From Octopus sinensis (Eukaryota), in assembly GCF_006345805.1 (NCBI RefSeq), contig NC_043015.1, positions 52,514,001 through 52,578,000 of the forward strand: a stretch of 64,000 nucleotides of DNA. Direction: 5' to 3'. Each line of letters starts with the position of its first letter. Within the stretch, counting starts at the first letter, position 1. This document shows, in pieces, positions 38,661 to 54,166 of this stretch. Below the pieces are notes generated by a model that was not told the origin of the DNA, ran no database searches, and saw only the letters and a program-made list of their open reading frames with translations. Both the position numbers and the translations under genes were made by a program.

Positions 38661-40011
38661 TAAAAGATGCTTACAGGTGGATAAAGATGGATGTATAAAA
38701 TTGAGCAAAAATCTAGATTGATTTGGTGGGATATTGTTGAATGAAATGTCAAAAGTTTAGCCTGAATGGGAGAAACCTGATAAGAGACATGATTTGTCAT
38801 GAGCAAGCTAAAGCTTCGGATGTGTAAACAGGCTGGAAGATAGACATCAGGAATAAGTGGAAGCCAAGGATTTTGAAGGGACATACAAGGAATGTGAGAA
38901 AAGCAAGGAAGGAAGATACAAAAAAAAAAAAAAATTAAAAGAATGGTATGTGAGATGGAAAGAAATGAATGAACGAGTGGAGTGTGTTGGTGGTGAATAA
39001 ATGCGTGAGTGAATGAGCGAATAAAAATAAGTGCTAGTAATAAGAAATGATAGAGATGGAGAAAGATTGCGTGAGAGAGACAAATAGATATAGACAAGTA
39101 CTTGGAATGTTGGTCAAATAAAAGAAATCAGTGTGAGATGAAGTGAAAAGAGTGAAGAGGACAATGGAAAAGTCAACGGATGTCAGTTTGAGCAGGAGGT
39201 GTTAGTGCCAAAGGCAGAAGACACACAAGACTAAATTCTGGAAAAGTGAGGGCAAAGTCACAAAAAGAAAAAAAAAATGAAAGGAAATATTTTTTTTAAA
39301 TGAAAGTAAAACCGTGGCGGAAGCTACAAGACTACGAAATGGCATCTTAAGAGAACATGGAATCAGCAAAAGTAGGACATGAAGCAGAATTTAGCGCAAA
39401 ATTGTGCTCAGATTCAGACCTAAGTTACAATTGCATGAAGGACAATAATTTTTCAAAAAAAAAAAAGAAAGAAAAAAAGAAAAACAAAACAAATGAATGA
39501 ATCGTTGTTGTCGTTGCAGTAGTTGTTGTTGCATACTTGGAAATGATGACAGAAATGGTTGAAGATGACGATGACATTACAATAATAGAATTATCATTTT
39601 GGATTATATGTAATTTTCTTTTCCACTGCTGTAGTCATTGCTGTTGTGATATGAAAATAATATATTTTCTAAAACTCTGTGACTGTTTTTAAAAATTTTT
39701 TTGGTGTTCTAAAGAAAAACTCAAGTTGTTAAACAAAAGCTTATATACGAGTGTGTGCGTGTATGTGTGTACACACCCACACATAAATAGGATAAAGTGC
39801 GGAGCAAGAACAAATTAAATAAAGCTTCTATAAAAAAAAAAACTAAAACATACTTAAAAATAAAAAGCTTATACAGATGTTACCATCAACAGAACTGTAA
39901 AGTATGAATATGCAACTTTATATATGTAATACATGTATAATACTTGTAAATATGCAAGTGTGCATACATATCCACACCTGTACACATCAATGCATGTATA
40001 TATATATATGT

Positions 40012-40043
<32 letters not shown>

Positions 40044-41571
40044 GTATGCATATATAGCAAAAAATACATTTATTATATGTATGTATGTGTGTGTGTATAT
40101 AAATATATATATATATATACACACACACACGCATACACACACGTAGTAAATGCATGTGTATGTGGAAATATGTATCCCCTTACAAATTGGACATGTATAA
40201 TATACAGATAGTATATAGATAAAGCCAATTCTTTCCATTTATTCTTTCACTGCACAGATTAATGTCAAAGAATTTTCAAATAATTTATTAGTTTCTATTG
40301 CCATTTGCTGAACACATTTGGCAGACAACACCTAGCTTGCTAAGTTTAATAATAACATACTTTGCAGATAATGAATTTTGTTATCAGGTACACAGGTCGG
40401 AAGCAGTTCAACAATTCCGCGTTATCATTTATTTCTATTAACAGATTACTCAAATGAGCTAAGTTTTTAGATTGGTGGGTGAGATGAAGGGAAGTTGTAC
40501 CATTCTGAGACATGTCAACCATGGTAGGTGTTGTCCAGGAGAGGTCTCAGATTTTGATTCTGAAATCCAGCATTATGGTTGGTATACAAGAAAATTTCTA
40601 CTCAACCAGGCTGGAATAATGGTTTATTGGAGGTGATTTTCCTGCCACATATGCTGTATATTTAGGTATACAAGTCGAATCTTTCAGACCTAAACACAGA
40701 GATGAAACAGGTAGGTCAACTTATCCATCAAAACTACTTTAGAGAACCAAAAATGCTATGGGAAATGCAGTAGGACTTGAAAAAAATAGTGACAATGTTT
40801 GAATATTTAAACTATATACTACATCAATTTGTACACCACAAAATATGGTAAAACTATGACTATATGACTCTGAACTCTTTGTCTTCCAAGCCGAAAAGTT
40901 ATTTGCAAGGACATCATACATGACAACACAAGTTGACATTATCTTAATTGATCCAAGAACTTTGTATATTATTTCACTGAAGAGGATGAGAGAATGATGT
41001 ACTTGTGATAAGAAATGACACAGTATCTATCTGCTGTTAAATTTATAGATGTAAAAAATTAGGCAAAAAAAAAAAGTTGTCCAGAGTACACAATGAATCA
41101 ATTACACATTGGATGGTTGAAGATTTAATACCGCTACATAACCTTTTTAGCTTGCCTTTAATGGAGTTCATTCATTTGCAAGCTATTGGCTCAAGTTTCT
41201 AGTAAAAAGATATCTAGTGAACTGTGGTTTCTTCTCTTATTTCCAGCCACCAGTCTTGGAGTACTGCTTTTCCTCCACTCACTAAGCCATTAAAATATAC
41301 AAAAAGAAATCAAGCCACTTCAGAGCTAGCAAACCAGAAAGACTTCCTTGTATATTTTTGAGTGAGATCCCTGGCAGTAAGGAACAAAAGATTGAAGTGA
41401 CAAGAGATTGACAGTTCTTGTACCATCATCAAGATGCTACAAAAGCTAGTCAGCTGCAAACTCACTCAGTGGATCTTATACTTTTCTTTCTTTAAGATAA
41501 AACACTACCTTATGGTCTCTACAAACACACACACACAGAAAGAACAGAACTTATACATACATATAATATAT

Positions 41572-41619
<48 letters not shown>

Positions 41620-42114
41620 AAGCACCGGACAAAAGTTCTGTATGAAAAAGTTATAATGTTGATGAAAAAATTACAGTATAACAAAAAACAATAATAATGA
41701 AATAATATCAGGCTTTTTTAAAAATAATTTTTGCCAGCACTGAGAGAGAGAGAGAGAGGAGAGGAAGTAAATGAATGGAAAAATAGAAAAATGAAGACAA
41801 AAGACAGAATGGATGGGGCATAAATAAAAAAAAATTGAGCAACATACATTTATGAAGAGAATATATGTAAATTAGAGAGTAAGTTTGTTTCATGAGAACA
41901 ATATTAAAAACAACAACAACAATAATAATAACAAAACGAAAGGCAATTTTATTATTATTGTTGTTGTTGTTGTTATAATTATGATTCATTTGGAAAACGA
42001 ATTCAGAAATGCAAGGGAAGAACATATACTCCAGACTGAGCTGAAAAAAATTTTGGTTACTGAATTAAAATGAATTCTAATTTAGATTAAACAATCGTTA
42101 AATATAGAATGGGA

Positions 42115-42562
42115 TTATATATATGTATATGTATATATATATATGTATATGTATATATTATATATGTATATATATATATATGTATATATATATATGTATA
42201 TATGTGATATGTATATATGTGTATAGGTATATATGTATATGTATATATGTGTATATAAATATATGTATATATATATATATGTTATAATATATATATGTAT
42301 ATATATATATGTATATATAGATATTATATGATATAGATATATTGTATATAATATATATAGATATATATAGTATGTAGATATATATATATGTGTATATATA
42401 TATATATGTATATATATATATGTATAATATTATATGTTATATATATAGATATATGGATATATATAGAGATGTGATATATATATAAGATATATATATATAT
42501 TGTATATAGATATGATGTAGATATATATATATGTATATATATATATAGTTATATAATATATG

Positions 42563-42596
<34 letters not shown>

Positions 42597-43046
42597 TATA
42601 ATATATGTTATATATAATATATATATATATATGTATATATATATAATATGTATATATATATATGTTATATATATTATATGTATATAATATATATGGATAT
42701 ATATATATATGTATATAGCTATATATGTATATGTATATATATTATATATATGTATATATGTTATAGTATATTATGTATATTATATATATATGTATATAAT
42801 ATATAGGTATATATATATATAGTATATATATATATATGTATATGTATATATATATATCTTATGTATATATATATATATAGATGTGGATATATATATATAG
42901 GATATATATATATATATGTAGATATTATTAATATAATATATATATAATCTATGTATATATATATATATATGGGATATTATATATATTATGTAATATATAT
43001 AGATAGGTATATATATATATATATATGTATTAGATATATATATATA

Positions 43047-43092
<46 letters not shown>

Positions 43093-43508
43093 ATGTATAT
43101 ATATATAATATATGATAATATTATATATATGTATATATATATATATTATATATAGTTGTATAGATATATATTATGTATATATATCTATATATGTATATAT
43201 ATATATATATTGTATATATATATATATATATATGTATATAGATATATATATATATGTATATATATATATATGTCTATATATATAATATATATATGTATAT
43301 ATATATATGTTATATATAGTATATATATTATATATATATGATGTATATATATATATATAATATGTATATATATTATATATATATAGATGTATATATTATT
43401 ATATATATGTATTATATATATATATGTATAATATATATATAGTATTATATATAATGTATATATATATATATATATAATCTATATATATATATGTATATAT
43501 ATATATGT

Positions 43509-43574
<66 letters not shown>

Positions 43575-43856
43575 GTAATATATAATATATGTATATATAT
43601 ATGTATATATGTATATTGTATATATATGTATATATATATGTATATATATATGTATGTATATATGTATGTATATTATGTAAATATATGTATGTATATATGT
43701 ATATATATATGTATGTATAATGGATATATATATGTATATATATATGTATATATATATATGTATGTATATATGTATTAATATATGTATATATATATATGTA
43801 TGTATATATGTTATATATATATATTATATATAATATATATGTATATATAATATATG

Positions 43857-43887
<31 letters not shown>

Positions 43888-43956
43888 TTATTATATATAT
43901 ATAATGTATATATATATATAGCTATATATATAGTACTATATATATTTTTTATATAG

Positions 43957-44050
<94 letters not shown>

Positions 44051-44100
44051 ATATGTATGTATATATATATATATATATACATATACACACATACATACAT
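42115..44100. repeat. ~2 kb degenerate (TA)n/(TATG)n microsatellite
   Basis: Almost pure alternating T/A with scattered G. Confidence 0.97.
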
Positions 44101-44429
44101 GTATGTGTGGATAGATGTAAGTATGTGTATGCATGCAAATATATGTCATAAAAAGAAAATCTTAATTGAAGTCATGTAATATAAGCTGCAAGAACGGGCA
44201 ACCAGTACTCCTACAGCTAAAATATAACAGTAAATATTTGTTCCTCTCTCTCCTTCCACAAAGTCAATGTTTTATGCAATCAACGCTTTCAGTCCAAACT
44301 AAATGCACATATATAACGAGCTCAATAACTTTCAACAAACACACATACAACCTGTGTATATGTGTATGTATACACACAGATATATACACACACACACAAC
44401 TAAGATTTTGGTCATTTTAGTCCTGGTCA

Positions 44430-45850
44430 TTCTACCTTAGAAGCACCTGGAACAGTCTTAAAACATGGTTTAGATCACAATAGTCCACTCGTATTAGGAG
44501 CTTGTCTTGTATATCACGGATGAACTAGTTCTGGTATTGTTTGAATGTTATGTGGTCTGTTCCTTCTTTGATTACGTTCAAGATGTTTTTCTACCCTCTC
44601 AACAAATCAGAGTATTTAAATTGGATTAGAGTTCTGTCTGATCATCTTCAAAAATTTTTATTTTACAATGTTTTATGACATTAGCAATGTCATTTCTGCA
44701 AACAGTGAACAGAGACGGGTCCAACACAGAATATGGGGTATGCCACAAATGACTTTAGCATGCCTTGAGTAAATTCTGACAGTCTTAATAGGCTGGATCC
44801 TGTTTATCAGGAACCATTAATCCAAAGTAGTACCTTTCCTCAGACTCCAGTATTGGATAATTTCTTCAGCAGTATGTTGGTGTTGACTCTGCCAAAAAGC
44901 TTTACTTGAATCAAAATAAATAACATCTGTGCAGTGATTCTCATCCAGAACACTTAAAATATCACCAAAGTGGTGCAGGAGTGTGCTATGTTATCTCTGA
45001 CACTATGAAAACTAGTCATCGGGAGGTAGATGATTTTCTTTCTTCTGGCGAGGCAGTTGGTTTTGATCACATCACCTTCTCGGAAACAATGATATGAAAA
45101 GTTAATGAGATCACATGGTAATTCATGTACCTTCTTTCTTTTTTGTTATTGTTGTTGTTGTTGTAAAAAAAAAAACTGGGTCAAAGGTCATCCAGGAATA
45201 AAACCAAAGTCTAATGAATTCCTCCAGAGATTAGCTAGATAAGATGCAAGTTGATGTCTGCACTTCAGGGTATGAGAACAGAATCTGTCAGGGCCCACTA
45301 CAGAATGGAGCTTAATTTTATTAATTGATGTTATCATGTCTGCAGAGCTGAAAGTGATATCAGGGATGATATGTTAAGGATTTACTTCATCAATTCTACT
45401 AAAGTCAAATACATCAAGATCACTAAAGACAGAGTGTGGTATTACTACCAGAGAATCTCTGCCAAATCTTTGGCACATTTGTGAACAATGTTGTGTTCTT
45501 TGGCCAGTGAGCTGGAAAAATAGCCTTATATTTCTTTATAGAGAAAAACAAGACTTCAGGATTGCATCTAATTTTTTTTTCAACAGTCAGACTTCTTCAG
45601 AAGCCCCTTGGTTATTAATGAGAGACCTCATGAAGTTCTGAAAATGTTTTTTTTCTTTCTCTCCAACACTAATGTAATTATTGTGTTTGAGAATGGGTGC
45701 TACAGCTGGGAATATTTTAACTGAACTATTATTAGTTCTCTTTATTTTTCTGATGAGTAATTTACTCTCGTTTGAGAGTCTGCATCTATTTTTGCATGTG
45801 GGTCGTGATAGGGTGTGGTTATCACATAAGTAACAGTGTCCTTAAATAGC
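44430..45850 (-). mobile_element. Decayed CR1/L2-group LINE ORF2 fragment
   Basis: Frameshifted motifs DSSKAF..RVNTNILLKKLSNTGV*GKVLLWI, GIP..SVLDPSLF...ND and KIFEDD at ~44910-44640. Boundaries approximate. Confidence 0.78.
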
Positions 45851-46604
45851 TGCCAAGAGACACTTTAATATCAGAGCGAATGAGAGTGAATGACCAAAAC
45901 ATGCATACATACATATACACCCAAAGACATCTACACATATATATATACATCCATACAAAAACATACATACACATATATACACACACACGCATATATATAC
46001 ACCCACATACACATATATAAAATATGTTACACTATATTATATATACATTCACATACATACACACATATACGTATACATATATATGAATGTATTTAGACAT
46101 ATATATATCTACATATGTGCACACACATACATACACATGTATACATGTATATATATAAATGTATTTAGTCATATATATATATATATATCTACATTTGTGC
46201 AGATACATACAGACACACACACACAAATGCATAGATACAAACATACAGTAAATGTTCCAGGACAATTTTTGTCTTTCCTTGTTTTAGTCTTTGTACTTTC
46301 ATTTCCTGAATATTTTTTTGTTCCAAAATAAGGAAATTGAAAATACAAAATTGAAAAAAAAAAAAAAAATACAGATTTGCTTCGATTTAAGAACATGTCT
46401 GGTACATACTTTATTGCCTCCCAAACCTACATACAAAAGCAGAACTTGGGCTGTGGCAAGATTTGAATAGAGAGGGGGAGGGGGAGAAAGAGAAAAGAAA
46501 GAATATATGAGAAAGAGAGATATATGGTCTCTACTATCAAAAATATTGCTATGGCAACAATTATCTTCACTGCAATGATGATAATAATAATTCTTTCTAC
46601 TAAA

Positions 46605-48110
46605 GGCACAAGGCCTGAAATTTTTTTTTGGGGGGGGCTTGTCAAATTACATTGCCCCCAATATTCAACCAGTACTTATTTTATCAACCTTGGAAGGATG
46701 AAAGGCAAAGATGGCTGACCTTGGTGGAGTTTGAACTCAGAACACAAAGGTGGACAAAGTGTTACTAAGCATTTTGCCCAGCATGCTATCTTTATAATGA
46801 CAATAATAATAATCTTTTCTACTATAGGCAAAAGGCCTGACATTTTTGGGGAGCAGGGCCAGTCGATTACATTGGCCCCAGTGTGTAACTGGTACTTAAT
46901 TTATCAACCCTGAAAGGATGACAGGCAAAGTTGACCCTGGCAGCATTTGAATTCAGAACATAATGGCAGACGAAATACTGCTAAGCATTTCGCCCGGCAT
47001 GCTAATGATTCTGCCATCTTGCAGCCTTGTGAATAATAATTATAATAATAATAATAATGATAATAATAATAATGGTTTCAGATTTTGGTAAAAAGGCCAG
47101 GAATTTCAGGGGGGGGGGCTAAGTTGATGATATTGTGCCCAGTATTCAGCTGGTACCTATTTTATTGACCCTGAAAGGATGAGAAGTTAAGTAAACTGTG
47201 ACAGCATTTGAACTCAGTGTAAAACCGGACAAAATCCCACTAAGCGTGCTAAGAATTTTGCCAGATCTCGGATTTAATAATAATGATAACAACAATTTCT
47301 TTTTATTTGCCACCAGGACATATAGTAATAATAATCATTTCTACTGGAAGCACAAGGCCTCAGATTTGGGGGAAGGGATTAAGTCAATTACATTGACCCC
47401 AGTGTGCAACTGGTACTTACTTAATCGACTATAAAAAGATGAAAGGCAAAGTCGACCTTGGCAGAATCTGAACTCAGAACGTAGCGACAGGCGAAATGCA
47501 GCTAAGCATTTTGTCCAGCATGCTAACAATTCTGCCAGCTCACTGCCTTAATAATAATGACACACATCCATAAATTTGGGGAAGGGTATAGTTGATATTA
47601 TTGACCCAAATACTTGGCTGTTACTTTATTTCATTTGACCCCCAAAAGCATGAAAGGTAAAAATGACAATGGCAGAATTTGAAGAAATACTGCAAGCCAA
47701 TAATAATAATTCTTTCTAGTACAGGCACAAGGCCTGGAGTTTTTTGTCTTTTTCAGTGGGGGTGGCGCTAGTCAAATATATAAAACCCAGTGCCCAATTA
47801 GTACTTATTCTATCAACCTTGGAGAGATGAAAGGGAAAGTCGACCATGGCGGAATTTGAACTCAGAACGTAAAGATGGATGAAATGCTAATAACAATATT
47901 TCAATTTTTTGCCACATGGGCATCTTGGGAGAGGTGGGGATGAGTCAATTACATTGACCTCAGCATTCAACTGGTACTTGTTTTATCAACCCTGAAAGGA
48001 TGAAAGGCAGTCAACCATGGCGGAATTTGAACTCAGAATGTAATGACAGGTGAAATACCGTTAAGCATTTCATCCAGTGTCTTAACAATTCTACCAGCTC
48101 ACCACCTTCA
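46605..48110 (-). mobile_element. Head-to-tail array of ~7 tRNA-derived SINEs (Nin/Deu-like central domain)
   Basis: Repeated ggcacaaggcctgaa...ggtacttattttatc.accc.gaaaggatgaaaggcaaagtcgacc...gaatttgaactcagaac...ctgccagctc separated by (AAT)n. The minus strand carries A-box/B-box-like TGGCAGAA..GTTAGC and GTTCAAATTCC. Confidence 0.85.
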
Positions 48111-48294
48111 TAATAATAATGATGGTAACAGAATGAAGGATATTCGAAGTAAGGTTACGGAGAGTGTGAGCAAACACAGATTAAAGTTTGCAAAATTTCA
48201 GGGTGTATATATATACATATATCCACACATCATTGCATATAATATACATATGTGGATATACATATACACATGCGGCAATGTGTGTGCATATACG

Positions 48295-48348
<54 letters not shown>

Positions 48349-49685
48349 CACACACACACAGGACGCTTATAATATAGGGGAATGCTATGAGATGCAGCAG
48401 CAATTTGGAGTGACAGAGGGATAGCAAGCATACATACATATACTACAAAAGGTTCTGTAATATTAGTGATGCAAGCCAGAAGCACATAGAAAAATTGACA
48501 TAGATAGGGGGTACAATAAATATAGATTGTTCTATGTATGTATTCGTTTTCTATTTATACCTAATTTCTACATGTCTAATTAACTGACTATATTATACAT
48601 ATATTATTCATATGTACATGTGTATCAGTATGAATAGTCTAATCTCATTAGCTAGTCCAAACTATACAAATACAGAAATGAATGCGATTATGATTTCGAT
48701 GAAGATAAAGTTGATACCAATAAGTGTAAATAATAATAATAATAAATAAGGATGGTAATAATTAATAATAATAAATTCCAGGCAGGTTATTTAACAAATG
48801 GTGCTGTATTATACACAAGCATTGCAAACAAGCGGTGTGCAGCAAAGCCTTAACAAAAGATTAGAATACACGTTGGTCATTGGTTGCACAAACAAGAATT
48901 AGCTCCCTTCTTTTTTTTTATTATCATCATTATTCTCCTTCACCTCTACCATCATCACCATTACACTCCACATTGCACAATCCATCCATCCACAAATATG
49001 TCCTTTTGTTCTTTGATACCAAACTAGGTGTGAAGTTGTTTGCCTTTGGATTTTGTCATCTGCAACATTTGTGTCGTGTATAAAATCTAAAAACAGATTG
49101 GTTGTATGTCTGTGAGAATGTGATGTGATTGTAGTTGTCTGTTCTCAATACCCAAATCAGCATTGATTTAGCAGACCTATGATCAATGCCTTTCCAGCCA
49201 TGATCATCAAATCCTATACTGTGTGTAAGAGATTAAGTTGTCCAATGTGTACAATATGTGAGATAGCAGGCTGGGGTTTGAGGGAGTGTAGGCTGCTATG
49301 TCTTGCAGTTTGAGTAGCTGTGAAAAAACTTCCTCATTCGTGTGTGTGCGAGAGAGAGATAGAGAGAGAGAGAAAGAGAGTCGTCAACTTTAACCACTGC
49401 CAGTTGAGAGTATAACCGTCTCAGTTCACTTTGGGTAAAGAATATATTGAATATAATTCATCCAGAGTTGTAGATATAGTCTTTATAATATCTATTCTGG
49501 AAGAAGACGGAATCAATGTAATCTGCTGATAATCTAATCTACCACACAAATATCAGAAGTAAATCTGACCTCCACAAGATTTTGAACTCTGAATGTAAAG
49601 TACCACAACTTGAAGCTGTACAATATCTTTTCCAGAGCTCTAACAATTGTCCCAATCCACCAAATTAATACGGACTGCAAATTTT

Positions 49686-49832
49686 GGCACAAAGCCAGCA
49701 ATTTCAGGGGAGGGGTTAAATCGATTACATCAATCCCACTGTTTATTGACTCTGAATGGATTGAAAGCAAAAATCAACCTCAGCAAAATTTGAACTCAGA
49801 ACATAAAGACAGACAAAATGCTGCTAAGAATT
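49686..49832 (-). mobile_element. tRNA-SINE partial copy
   Basis: Same consensus, truncated at the head. Confidence 0.7.
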
Positions 49833-51571
49833 ACTTGATTTTACTGATGCTAGTACATAACAGGTACTCTATTCTGTCACCCACACAGGAATAAAAAGTT
49901 ATTTCTAATCAACTGAGTGACTATACAGTGGTTTCTTAACCGGCTTAGTATGATGTTTCTAAGTTCAAAGTACTGTATTTCTTATTGTCCATACCCATAC
50001 CTAACCATCACAGAAAAGAAGACCACAAAGAACATTTGTACATATGGTACTCATGTGTACACACACGCGCACATCTCACTATCACAAATTCTTTTGTCTA
50101 TAGGAAATTGATTTCTTTTTCTTCCCTGTTTTTACAATTAACATCTAAATTTTTATTGAAAATCAACAAACCAGAGTAAGGATAAGAAACACAAAAGACT
50201 ACAATTTCATAAAAATAGACCAAATAAGCAAATGGTGAGAATATCAAAGACAGAAATACACAGAGGACATATTGTTTTCTCTCCAGACACAAAGAACAGA
50301 TGTCTTGTCTTACAATCGGAGCTGTTAAGACTATTTACCATTTTGGCTTTCATTCTTCTGGCTAGAATCCATCTCACTGTCATCAACAACACAAAAAGCC
50401 TATACTGTTCATATATTTTCAATCATGTACAGTTGTTGTTGTTTAGTCCCAAGTCAATATAAACTGAGCAAACAAATCTATGATCAGAGAAAATCCAGAC
50501 ATGACCATCCCATCTTATTCAATTATTGTGTCCAAAATAAATTATCTAAAATGACATTTTTTTCAGGTGCTACGTTGAAATTTGATGGAGATCAAGCTGC
50601 TATTTCTATCAGGTTGAACGACCACATTAGAGACTTCCCCAATAGTAGCAGTAGTATATATATAAAAAAAAAAGATAATTCATCCATACTTCTGGTGGTT
50701 AAGAAATATATATTTTGTTTTCCTCCAGGCCTAATTAATAATATTTATATACCCACACACAGAAATGAAACAAAAAAATAAAAAGATACAAACTTGAATA
50801 TACTAGCCCTACCACTACACACTAACCCTAAATACTAATGAATGAAAAAGTAAAAAAAAAAAGACAGAAAAAGGTAAAGAAAAATAATACTAACAAACAA
50901 CAATAAAACCAACAACCATCCTAGAATTATTATTATTTTTTTTATCAAATCTAGCACCAGCTATTTTCAACTTAAATATAACAGGAAACACATAATTAGA
51001 ATGAAAACATTTTTATGGCAAAAAGCTCATTTAAAAACATAAAAAGGAAGAAAAAAGATATGTGTTATTTATAGTGGCTAACTCAATTGGAGCACTTTGG
51101 CTATTTTCACGAAGATTTCACAGAAATAAACAAAATAAGAACGAAAAGAAAAAAGATTCAAAATTACAAGAAAAAAAGAATTAGTTATGGAAAAAAGGAA
51201 GATGAAGTAGAAAAAGAAGAAAATGGCCTTATTTTAGTTTAGATGGAAATAAAACCTAAGCGAACATTAAATTGATTTTCATTCTTCGTCAAGTGTGAGT
51301 ACATTTAAAAAAAATGTAATGGATGATAGATATACTCTTCCTTGAGGCTAATTATTTTCAAACTACACAACTTTCAGAAGAATTTCAATCTTATAATTGC
51401 ATAACTACTGTTCCAGATGCAAAAAAAACAAAACAAAACAAAACTCCAAACACACACACATACACAGAATATGATATAATTGATGTATGTGTGTAAAATC
51501 TATAGAAATATAAATACAGAATTAACAAATGGAAAAAGAAGAATCACAAGAACCAGTACAACCACAGATAG

Positions 51572-51604
<33 letters not shown>

Positions 51605-51984
51605 CCTTCATAGATAAACTCCATTTGAAGAACTATCAGCAGGAATCAATTTACTTTTAGTCTGTAGATAAAAATGCACCATTCCAATCAGTATGAGATG
51701 ATATGCTTGAAAAGCTTGACAACTGAGTTGGAAAGCTGAAAGACTGACAACAAAAATAAACTCAACTAAGAAATCTCATAGTAATTTATTCTGGTGTTTG
51801 TTCTATGGTTATGTTTTTGAGGACTTCTACCTAGCAATATAGATGTATTTCTTCTATCCCCTGTCTCTTTCTTTTTCCCCTCTTTCTCTCTCTCTCTTTC
51901 TCTCACATGTACAGAAACTGCACTGTACACAACACGTAATTCTCATTTATAAAAACTGGAGGAAAGAAAGATAACTCTAAAAAG

Positions 51985-52440
51985 ATGAAAATATCTTCAA
52001 TTCAGTTTCTGTGCCTATCTTCACTCATAGTCATTCATAAATGTTGGGTAATAGCTGAAAGAGTATGGTTGCAAATACTAGTGACAGAAATGAGGTTCCT
52101 CAAAATGATCCTTGGAGCAATGTTGCTCAACAGGGTGCATAGTTCGGAGAACAGGGAGTCTCTCCTGATCCAGCTACTACTTTTCTATGTTAAGAGGTCA
52201 CAGCACCAGTACAATGGACACGTCTTTAGAATGTCATAGGAAAGAATAGCAAGACAGATTGTTTAAGCTGAGCCAACCAGCAGAAGAACGAGGGATAGTC
52301 CAAGAATGAGATGGTTAAATAATATCCGTAGATTTACTTGGTCACACCTGGGAACCCATCCAGAAAGGCTAATGATGGTTGCTTTTGATAGGACAGTATG
52401 GAGGAGGTGCCTGAAGATGCTACCCCCTTGCCACCCTCTT
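51985..52440 (+). mobile_element. Decayed RTE-clade LINE ORF2 C-terminus
   Basis: TEMRFLKMILG...NRVHSSENRESL...RSQHQYNGHVFRMS*ERIARQI..AEPTSRRTRDSPRMRW...DRTVWRR, matching the RTE C-terminal consensus EMRFLR..G..D...LRWxGHVxRM..R......G.R.RGRPRxRW. Confidence 0.8.
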
Positions 52441-53195
52441 ACAAATAGCAGGCAGAGAAGATGAAGATGGATGGATGAAAAAAATAAAGAAAAAAAGAAA
52501 CCAATCACCTGGTTTAACATCTGGAGAAAACAGATTCAAAACACTGATCTATAATCAGTATTTCTTTGTCATTTCTGTATCCCTCTACCCATTAACATAG
52601 TTTTGTATACAATGCACTCTATTGCCAATTAACAATTCTACATTAATTAGCATCCTTAAAATCAATATAAAGGAAGATAAATCTACAAAAACTGTAAATG
52701 CCAATAAAGAATTTTTTCAATTTAAAAACAAGTTTCTTCAAAGTAATATCCTAAATTTGCACCTGGAACCCTGAAATTATTCTTAAGTTGAGATGCTGAT
52801 CTATTAGGTAATAGTTCATTCTTTCATAACTCCAAATGAAGTACATTATCTAAGTGCCTTGACAAATTATCAAGAAAACCAAACTCTGAAGGATTTAGTA
52901 AAATAATAACCACTTTCATTATTGGAACACACTTCACCGTTATCCTGCAAAAAGCCATGGAAGTGGCTTTTCTGCAAGAGTGAGTTAAGCCATGATACTT
53001 CTTGTTCTAAGATAGTAAGACATGATTTAAAGAATATTTAGCAACTATATCTAGCTTGTCAAAGCTTCCACATTGAGGTTTTGCCACTGTTTAAACAATG
53101 GGACAAAGAAATGTCCATTATGATATATGTACTAAGACAGATCTAGAACTGACTACACTAAACTCTGATTGATTTTTATTCATTTAGCAAGTCCT

Positions 53196-53357
53196 TTGAC
53201 CTTTTAGTATTAAGATTACTCTGTCATATATAATGCTTATTTATTTTTAGAATGACCATGTAGGGTGGGTGTGAGAGGTTAGATCTGTCTGGTTTGACCA
53301 TAAAACAGGTAGAATATTTGGGTCAGACATGGCCAGTTTAAAATGCTAGAGGGTTAG
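53196..53357. mobile_element. MITE family 1 copy, internally deleted
   Basis: Both degenerate TIRs plus the shared gtgtgagagg...aaaacaggtagaatatttgg core. Confidence 0.7.
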
Positions 53358-54112
53358 ACTGGCTGTTGAATGAATGATGATGCTATTCCCACATTTTTTC
53401 TTCTTTTGTTTTACCAACATTCTGCAATCAAAATATCCTTTAGTGTAACAAACACTTGTTCATTTTCACCCTGCATCTAATTCTTATACAATTTACCATT
53501 TGGGACTTAGTAAGCAGGAAGACGGGACAATGGGAATAAGAGAATATGGAAGACATCACATAGCAACTCTATAATGTTCTTTAACTCCCAGGTGGTGAAA
53601 TGTCAGATGTGTAGAAGTGTCGGACAACACACACACACACACACACACACATTGAAAAATCATCACAAATTGTTACTCTGCATTTCTCACTTTCTCATTT
53701 CTGTTCTTCAAATGACAGAAATAAATTGACTTTCTGTATTTGTTTTTTATATTGCTTTCTTGTTCACACTGTGTGTTGGTGAGTGTGAGCATGTTTGTCT
53801 GCATGCAAGTGTAACTAAATACCAGTTGAAGAAATCCATCAAAAATAATTGAAGAAAGACTTCTAAGGTTTTGATGATATCCTCTTCTTATTGCTTTCTC
53901 TTCTAGGTGATGGCTTTTTGTCCTTCGTGGCTATATTTTTTTAAAGTATCATATTCAACAGTCATCATTAGAAAAGTCTACACAAACTTGGCTCTTCCTT
54001 GACTCTCTCTCTTCAACCCCCATAGCAACCAACTACCCAACCAATGTGGTGGACAGCATATACACATGGTGGAAACAATCATTACCCAAAAATCTGTCAG
54101 AGAGTAAATATA

Positions 54113-54166
<54 letters not shown>

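Noticed and set aside
40260-41450. Microsatellite-free stretch, possible TE fossil
   Set aside because: No motif recognisable in any frame by eye.
46605-48110. tRNA genes or a CRISPR-like array
   Set aside because: The tRNA-like heads are SINE A/B boxes without a cloverleaf; the units are ~200-bp SINEs, not short repeats with unique spacers.
51060-51160. Acceptor-like gaaaatag|CCAAAG after a U-rich tract
   Set aside because: Poor acceptor context, early stop and no donor.
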